Source of the DNA: an uncultured Ruminococcus sp.
GTDB taxonomy: Bacteria; Bacillota; Clostridia; Oscillospirales; Acutalibacteraceae
Length of the DNA: 52,202 bases
Direction of reading: 5' to 3'
NCBI GenBank assembly: GCA_902779615.1
Contig: CACZCM010000002.1
Coordinates: 1-52,202, forward strand
The notes below the pieces were generated by a model, which had not been told where the DNA came from, ran no database searches, and saw nothing but the letters and a program-made list of their open reading frames with translations. How positions within the stretch are numbered: the stretch's first letter is position 1; each line of letters begins with the position of its first letter. This document shows positions 47,341-52,202 of this stretch, one piece after another. The translations under genes and the position numbers were made by a program.

Positions 47341-47580
47341 TCAATCATCAAGATCGTTGTACAAGAATTTATACGCAGGCACATTAAGCGCCTTTGCGAT
47401 ATCAAACAACGAGTCAAGTGAAACAGTACGCTTTACGCCTTGAGCTTCGACGGCTCCCAAAAACGACACGTTAAGGTCAACCATCTCCGCAAGCTCCTCC
47501 TGCGTCAAACCTCTCATTCTTCTATACGTTGCTATTTTTATTCCGAGTATTCTATACTCCTCCGAATGTTCTGCTTTCAT
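47341..47580 (-). CDS. XRE/Cro-CI-family helix-turn-helix transcriptional regulator
   Basis: ATG 47580. IKIATYRRMRGLTQEELAEMVDLNVSFLGAVE is a classical HTH_3 pattern. Confidence 0.85.
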   Translation of the reverse strand: MKAEHSEEYRILGIKIATYRRMRGLTQEELAEMVDLNVSFLGAVEAQGVKRTVSLDSLFDIAKALNVPAYKFLYNDLDD

Positions 47581-47651
47581 TTGCAATCCCTACTTTCAGT
47601 ATAATCTTACCATCTTTATATTGCAATGTGAATTTGGTGATTTACAAAGTA

Positions 47652-47670
47652 TATTGTATCTGATACAATA
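47652..47670. promoter_or_regulatory. 19-bp perfect palindrome (candidate operator) in the divergent XRE/SLOG intergenic region
   Basis: tattgtatc-t-gatacaata. The same region also holds the inverted pair ttgcaat (47581-47587) and attgcaa (47620-47626). Related half-sites tgtacaat occur at 48219-48226 and 48341-48348. Confidence 0.5.
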
Positions 47671-47727
47671 ATATATAAATGTGCAATTTTTTGAAAACTA
47701 CGGCTATCGAATATGGAGATGATATAA

Positions 47728-48201
47728 ATGAAAGCTGCCTGTTTTACCGGTCATAGGAAAATAAAGGAAGATACCTCGATTCTTTCTCAACGATTATATG
47801 AGACTCTTGAAAAACACATTCCTTGCGGGCTAACGGATCATTATATCGGAGGCGCGATCGGTTTTGATAAGATCGCAGCCTTAACCGTACTCAGACTTCG
47901 AAAAAAATACCCGTTGATTAAGCTGCACTTAGTGCTGCCGTGTCCCCCGGAGGAACAGAGCAAGTATTGGTCAGATTCAGATCGGCGGCAGTTATCTGAT
48001 ATCATTTCAGCAACTGACACAACTGAAATCGTATGCCCTCATTACACAAATGACTGTATGAGAATACGCAACTCTCGATTGGTAGAATACGCTGATATAT
48101 GTTTTTGTTATTACGATCCGAATAATACACGCTCTGGCACCGGGCAGACAGTGCGTATGGCGCAGTGGAAGGGTATTGAAGTGGTTAATCTGTTTCGGTG
48201 A
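47728..48201 (+). CDS. SLOG-superfamily protein (DUF1273 / YpsA-like)
   Basis: MKAACFTGHRKI.., GGAIGFDKIAA, and SGTGQTVRMA resemble the DUF1273/YpsA pattern (CxTGHR ... GxxxGxD ... GGT). GGAG RBS. Confidence 0.7.
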   Translation: MKAACFTGHRKIKEDTSILSQRLYETLEKHIPCGLTDHYIGGAIGFDKIAALTVLRLRKKYPLIKLHLVLPCPPEEQSKYWSDSDRRQLSDIISATDTTEIVCPHYTNDCMRIRNSRLVEYADICFCYYDPNNTRSGTGQTVRMAQWKGIEVVNLFR

Positions 48202-48384
48202 TGGAATTGGACACCAGTGGTGTACAATTAGCAGACTATCTTTCAATGATTAATACATGGGTAATTATTAACAAACTCTACAACAATTTTTTAGTGAAAA
48301 TAAAGCCTGTTATAAGACTATATTTTGTTGTATAATAAAAATGTACAATCTCTTTGATAGAATTTTTATACGGAGCTGAGACGA

Positions 48385-48624
48385 ATGCCGCTCAAATACA
48401 AATTTAATGTTTTAGAAGCGCTTAAAGACAAAGGTTATTCATCATATCGCTTATCAACAGAAAGAATACTTGCGAATTGCACTATTCAGCGTTTGCGGAA
48501 TGGTAAAATGCTGAATGCGGATAATATGGCTACACTTTGTCGCTTGCTTGAAGTGCAACCGGGTGAACTCCTGTATTATGAAGAAGAAAATGCTAATGAG
48601 AAAGGAATTGCGATAGAACACTAA
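48385..48624 (+). CDS. Small helix-turn-helix (Cro/XRE-like) protein immediately upstream of the SNF2 gene
   Basis: 79 aa. GGAG RBS. SYRLSTERILANCTIQRLRNGKMLNADNMATLCRLLEVQPGELL. Ends 12 nt before the SNF2 start. Confidence 0.65.
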   Translation: MPLKYKFNVLEALKDKGYSSYRLSTERILANCTIQRLRNGKMLNADNMATLCRLLEVQPGELLYYEEENANEKGIAIEH

Positions 48625-48636
48625 GGTTTTGTTGAT

Positions 48637-51600
48637 ATGAAAGTTATTGATAATATCAGTACATTACTGAAAGACGAACTCATAGATAGTATAAAGAAAG
48701 GCAGCAAAATGACTATTGCCGCCTCGTGCTTTTCTATGTATGCATACAAGGAATTGAAGAAACAGCTCGACGGTATCGACGAGCTGCGCTTCTTGTTTAC
48801 ATCACCAACATTCGTAAAGGAAGCGGCAAAAAAAGAAAAGAGAGAGTTTTATATTCCTCGGGTTAATCGAGAGATGGGTTTGTACGGTACAGAGTTTGAA
48901 ATAAAGCTCCGCAACGAAATGACGCAAAAAGCTATTGCAAGAGAATGTGCCGAGTGGGTCAAAGAGAAGGTCAGATTCCGCTCAAATGTCAGCGGTGACA
49001 GTATGAGTGGTTTTATCACTATTGATAATGCTAACGACTTAAATGCATATATGCCTATTGTTGGTTTTACAACTACCGATATAGGCTGTGACAGAGGCAA
49101 TAATGCCTATAACATGGTAAACAGCCTTGACGCTCCGTTTGCTCGGCAATATATTGCGCTCTTTAATCAGCTTTGGAACGACACCGCAAAGCTCGAAGAT
49201 GTTACAGATACCGTCATCGAAAACATAAGTACGGCATATAATGAGAATTCGCCCGAATTCATTTACTTCATAACACTGTATCACGTTTTTAGTGAGTTCC
49301 TCGAAGATATATCCGAAGATGAACTTCCGAACGAGGCAACCGGTTTTAAGAATAGTAAAATATGGAATTTGTTATATGACTTTCAGCGTGACGCAGTTCT
49401 CGCTATTATCAATAAACTCGAAAAATTTAACGGCTGTATTCTTGCTGACAGTGTCGGTCTTGGTAAAACGTTTACGGCACTTGCTGTAATTAAGTATTAT
49501 GAGAACAGAAACAAGACCGTTCTCGTTCTGTGTCCCAAAAAGCTTGCAAACAACTGGAACACATATAAAGACAACTATGTCAACAATCCTATAGCTGCCG
49601 ACAGACTGAATTACGATGTTCTGTTCCATACCGATCTTTCTCGTGACGGCGGCTATTCTAACGGACTTGATCTCGATCGTCTGAATTGGGGCAATTATGA
49701 TCTGATCGTAATTGATGAATCACATAATTTCAGAAACGGTATCGGTACACATTCCAACACGCAAGAGAACAGATATAAACGGCTTATGGATAAAGTTATT
49801 CGCGCCGGAGTCAAAACAAAGGTGCTTATGCTTTCCGCTACGCCTGTAAATAACCATTTTACAGATCTGCGAAATCAGCTTGCTCTTGCTTATGAGGGTA
49901 CATCGGAAAAGCTGACCGATAAACTTAACACAAAAAAATCCATTGAGCAGATATTCAGAGAGGCGCAAAGAGCATTTAATATCTGGAGCGACTATCCTAA
50001 AGAAGAGCGAACTACAGAATCGTTGCTGCGTATGCTTGATTTCGACTTTTTCGAGCTGCTTGACAGCGTAACAATTGCACGATCGAGAAAGCATATTCAG
50101 AAATACTACAATAGTGAAAAGATCGGGAAATTCCCCGAAAGGCTGAAGCCGGTCTCTCTTGCTCCGTCACTTTCCGATCTGGACAATGCGATAAACTACA
50201 ACGAAATATACAGCATTCTGATTGAACTGTCACTTTGCGTTTATCTGCCGTCTCATTATATTTTTGACAGTAAAAAGCCAAAGTATATGGACGAAAACGA
50301 TAATTTTCGTCAAACAAACCGTGAGCTTGGTATTCGCAGATTAATGGCTATCAATCTTCTTAAAAGACTTGAAAGCTCGGTTAATTCATTCTCACTTACC
50401 TTGCAGCGAATCTATAAATTGATAAATGACACTATCATCAAAATAAACAATTACGAAAGCAAACACGGTTTATCAGAGCTTGATGTATTTGATATCACCG
50501 AAGACGATTTCGATTTTGACGACAGTAATGCCGATTTTACGGTTGGAAAAAAAGTCAGGATCGATCTTGCGGATATGGATTATCGTTCGTGGAGAGCCGA
50601 TCTGCAAAAGGATAAAGACTCACTTGAATTGCTTATCTCTATGATTGGAGATATTACTCCCGAACACGATACCAAATTGCAGGCGCTTTTGGATCTCATA
50701 TCGAAAAAGCAGAATTCTCCGATCAATCCCGGCAATAAGAAAATGATTATCTTTACGGCGTTCTCGGATACGGCGGAATATCTTTACGACAATGTGAGTG
50801 CCTATGTAAAGAGTAAATTCGGTCTTGAAACGGCTGTGATCACCGGAACCATTGAAGGCAAAACCACGATCAGGCTGAAACAAACCAACCTTAATAATGT
50901 TTTAACGCTGTTTTCCCCGGTATCAAAAGGCAGAGATGTTCTTATGCCCGGAAATACACAGGAGATAGATATTCTTATCGCTACCGATTGTATTTCAGAA
51001 GGTCAGAATTTGCAGGACTGCGATTATCTTGTGAATTATGATATCCATTGGAATCCCGTTCGGATAACGCAGCGTTTCGGAAGAATTGACCGTATCGGCA
51101 GCAGAAACGAATGCATTCAGCTTGTGAATTTCTGGCCCGATATGGATCTCGACGATTATCTCAATCTTAAATCACGAGTGGAAACAAGAATGAAGATATC
51201 CGTTATGACTTCTACAGGCGATGATGATCTTATTAACGCAGAAGAAAAAGGTGATCTTGAATACCGCAGCTCGCAGCTTAAAAAGATGATGAGTGAAGTC
51301 GTTGATATGGAAGAAATGAACGACGGTATTTCCATCATGGATTTAGGTCTCAATGAGTATCGGCTTGATCTGCTCGATTACATAAAGGATCACAAAGATA
51401 TTGAGAAAAAGCCGAAAGGACTTCACGCCGTTGTACCCGCTACCGAGGAGCTTGGCGAAGGCGTTATCTTTGTTTTGAAAAATGTTAATGACGAGGTAAA
51501 TATAGGCAATCAAAACCGAATTCACCCGTTCTATATGGTGTATATCAGTATCGACGGCGAGGTGATATGCGACTATCTCAATCCCAAAGAGCTGCTTGAT

Positions 51601-51867
51601 GATATTCGTTTGCTGTGCAAGGGAAAATCCGAGCCCTTCAAAGACCTGTGCCGCATATTCAATGAGGAAACCGACGACGGCAGAGATATGGCACAAATGA
51701 GTGAACTTTTGAGTATTGCTATTGAGTCGATCATTGATACAAAAGCCGAAAGCGATATTGACAGTCTTTTCTCTCCGGGCGGCACAAGTGCGCTTATATC
51801 AGACGTTAACGGACTTGATGATTTTGAGCTTATCTGTTTTCTTGTGGTGAAGGACGGTGATAGTTAA
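48637..51867 (+). CDS. SNF2-family ATPase/helicase with ~240-aa N-terminal non-helicase domain (PLD-like fold suspected, no HxK motif seen)
   Basis: Motif I ILADSVGLGKTFTA, II DLIVIDESHNFRN, III LMLSATPVNN, V TDCISEGQNLQDC, VI HWNPVRITQRFGRIDRIGS. The split helicase core has a long insert. C-terminal ~250 aa has no recognised family. Confidence 0.85.
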   Translation: MKVIDNISTLLKDELIDSIKKGSKMTIAASCFSMYAYKELKKQLDGIDELRFLFTSPTFVKEAAKKEKREFYIPRVNREMGLYGTEFEIKLRNEMTQKAIARECAEWVKEKVRFRSNVSGDSMSGFITIDNANDLNAYMPIVGFTTTDIGCDRGNNAYNMVNSLDAPFARQYIALFNQLWNDTAKLEDVTDTVIENISTAYNENSPEFIYFITLYHVFSEFLEDISEDELPNEATGFKNSKIWNLLYDFQRDAVLAIINKLEKFNGCILADSVGLGKTFTALAVIKYYENRNKTVLVLCPKKLANNWNTYKDNYVNNPIAADRLNYDVLFHTDLSRDGGYSNGLDLDRLNWGNYDLIVIDESHNFRNGIGTHSNTQENRYKRLMDKVIRAGVKTKVLMLSATPVNNHFTDLRNQLALAYEGTSEKLTDKLNTKKSIEQIFREAQRAFNIWSDYPKEERTTESLLRMLDFDFFELLDSVTIARSRKHIQKYYNSEKIGKFPERLKPVSLAPSLSDLDNAINYNEIYSILIELSLCVYLPSHYIFDSKKPKYMDENDNFRQTNRELGIRRLMAINLLKRLESSVNSFSLTLQRIYKLINDTIIKINNYESKHGLSELDVFDITEDDFDFDDSNADFTVGKKVRIDLADMDYRSWRADLQKDKDSLELLISMIGDITPEHDTKLQALLDLISKKQNSPINPGNKKMIIFTAFSDTAEYLYDNVSAYVKSKFGLETAVITGTIEGKTTIRLKQTNLNNVLTLFSPVSKGRDVLMPGNTQEIDILIATDCISEGQNLQDCDYLVNYDIHWNPVRITQRFGRIDRIGSRNECIQLVNFWPDMDLDDYLNLKSRVETRMKISVMTSTGDDDLINAEEKGDLEYRSSQLKKMMSEVVDMEEMNDGISIMDLGLNEYRLDLLDYIKDHKDIEKKPKGLHAVVPATEELGEGVIFVLKNVNDEVNIGNQNRIHPFYMVYISIDGEVICDYLNPKELLDDIRLLCKGKSEPFKDLCRIFNEETDDGRDMAQMSELLSIAIESIIDTKAESDIDSLFSPGGTSALISDVNGLDDFELICFLVVKDGDS

Positions 51868-52202
51868 TGTTGAATTTTCCGCAAACAACATATTTCGGAA
51901 AACTTGTACCTAAAAATAAGTTTTACGACAAGCTCACTATCGACAAAAAACTGGAGCGCAGCTTTATAGATCAAATTACCTCTATACGTTGGGTGCATAA
52001 GCTGTCCGCAGATACATTGAATGTTGAGAAGGGCAGCACCGTTCAAGAAGTCGAGGTTTTCCTTGTAAAACTGAAAACGCCAGAGCTTGATATTAACGTG
52101 CTTAAACAGATGGACAGGCAGCTGCCGTACCATTTGATATTCATTCTTGAATTTGACGGCAAAATACAAGTATGGACAAGCTACAAGGAAGAAAGCACGG
52201 GC
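51867..52202 (+). CDS. DUF4391-like protein, 3'-truncated by the window end
   Basis: Not in the ORF track (no stop within the window). Its ATG overlaps the SNF2 stop (TAATG). MLNFPQTTYFGKLVPKNKFYDKLTIDKKLERSFIDQITSIRWVHKLSADTLNVEKGSTVQEVEVFLVKLKTPELDINVLKQMDRQLPYHLIFILEFDGKIQVW matches my recollection of DUF4391 N-terminal regions. Confidence 0.6.
   Translation, partial: MLNFPQTTYFGKLVPKNKFYDKLTIDKKLERSFIDQITSIRWVHKLSADTLNVEKGSTVQEVEVFLVKLKTPELDINVLKQMDRQLPYHLIFILEFDGKIQVWTSYKEESTG

Overview
52.2-kb chromosomal window from a Firmicutes/Clostridia genome. Gene order and protein signatures look Oscillospiraceae/Ruminococcaceae-like, and a dockerin-bearing pullulanase suggests a Ruminococcus bromii-type amylosome organism (inference only). 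Most of the window is conserved housekeeping: an EEP-family protein, type III glutamine synthetase, rpmG-secE-nusG-rplK-rplA, metG, miaB-ylbF-like-mutS-membrane protein-mutL-miaA, the division cluster (HlyD-like, yggS, sepF, ylmH, divIVA) followed by ileS-lspA-rluD, rplS-lepB-rbgA-rnhB-yraN-M50 protease, phoH-ybeY, an AbrB-type regulator, two tandem paralogous type I pullulanases, an AroG-type DAHP synthase, and tRNA-Gly(UCC) plus tRNA-Arg(UCU). The most interesting non-core content is listed below. (1) An accessory island starts directly 3' of tRNA-Arg. It has about 570 bp without ORFs but rich in hairpins, promoters and terminators (candidate ncRNA), an XRE repressor divergent from a SLOG/DUF1273 gene, then a small HTH gene, a 1076-aa SNF2 ATPase, and a translationally coupled DUF4391-like ORF that runs off the window. 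This is the best candidate for an uncharacterised defence/RM-like system. (2) A leader with a Phe/Tyr-rich 35-codon ORF plus an intrinsic terminator lies upstream of the DAHP synthase gene. (3) A modular, BIME-like GC-rich intergenic repeat family occurs at 7 or more loci, with two ~296-bp mosaic copies bracketing ileS. (4) A MITE-like element and a 96-bp tandem duplication flank a NYN/PIN-like gene. (5) A terminator-containing leader precedes the glutamine synthetase gene. No CRISPR array, rRNA, transposase or integrase is visible. All family assignments come from reading motifs by eye; no searches were run.
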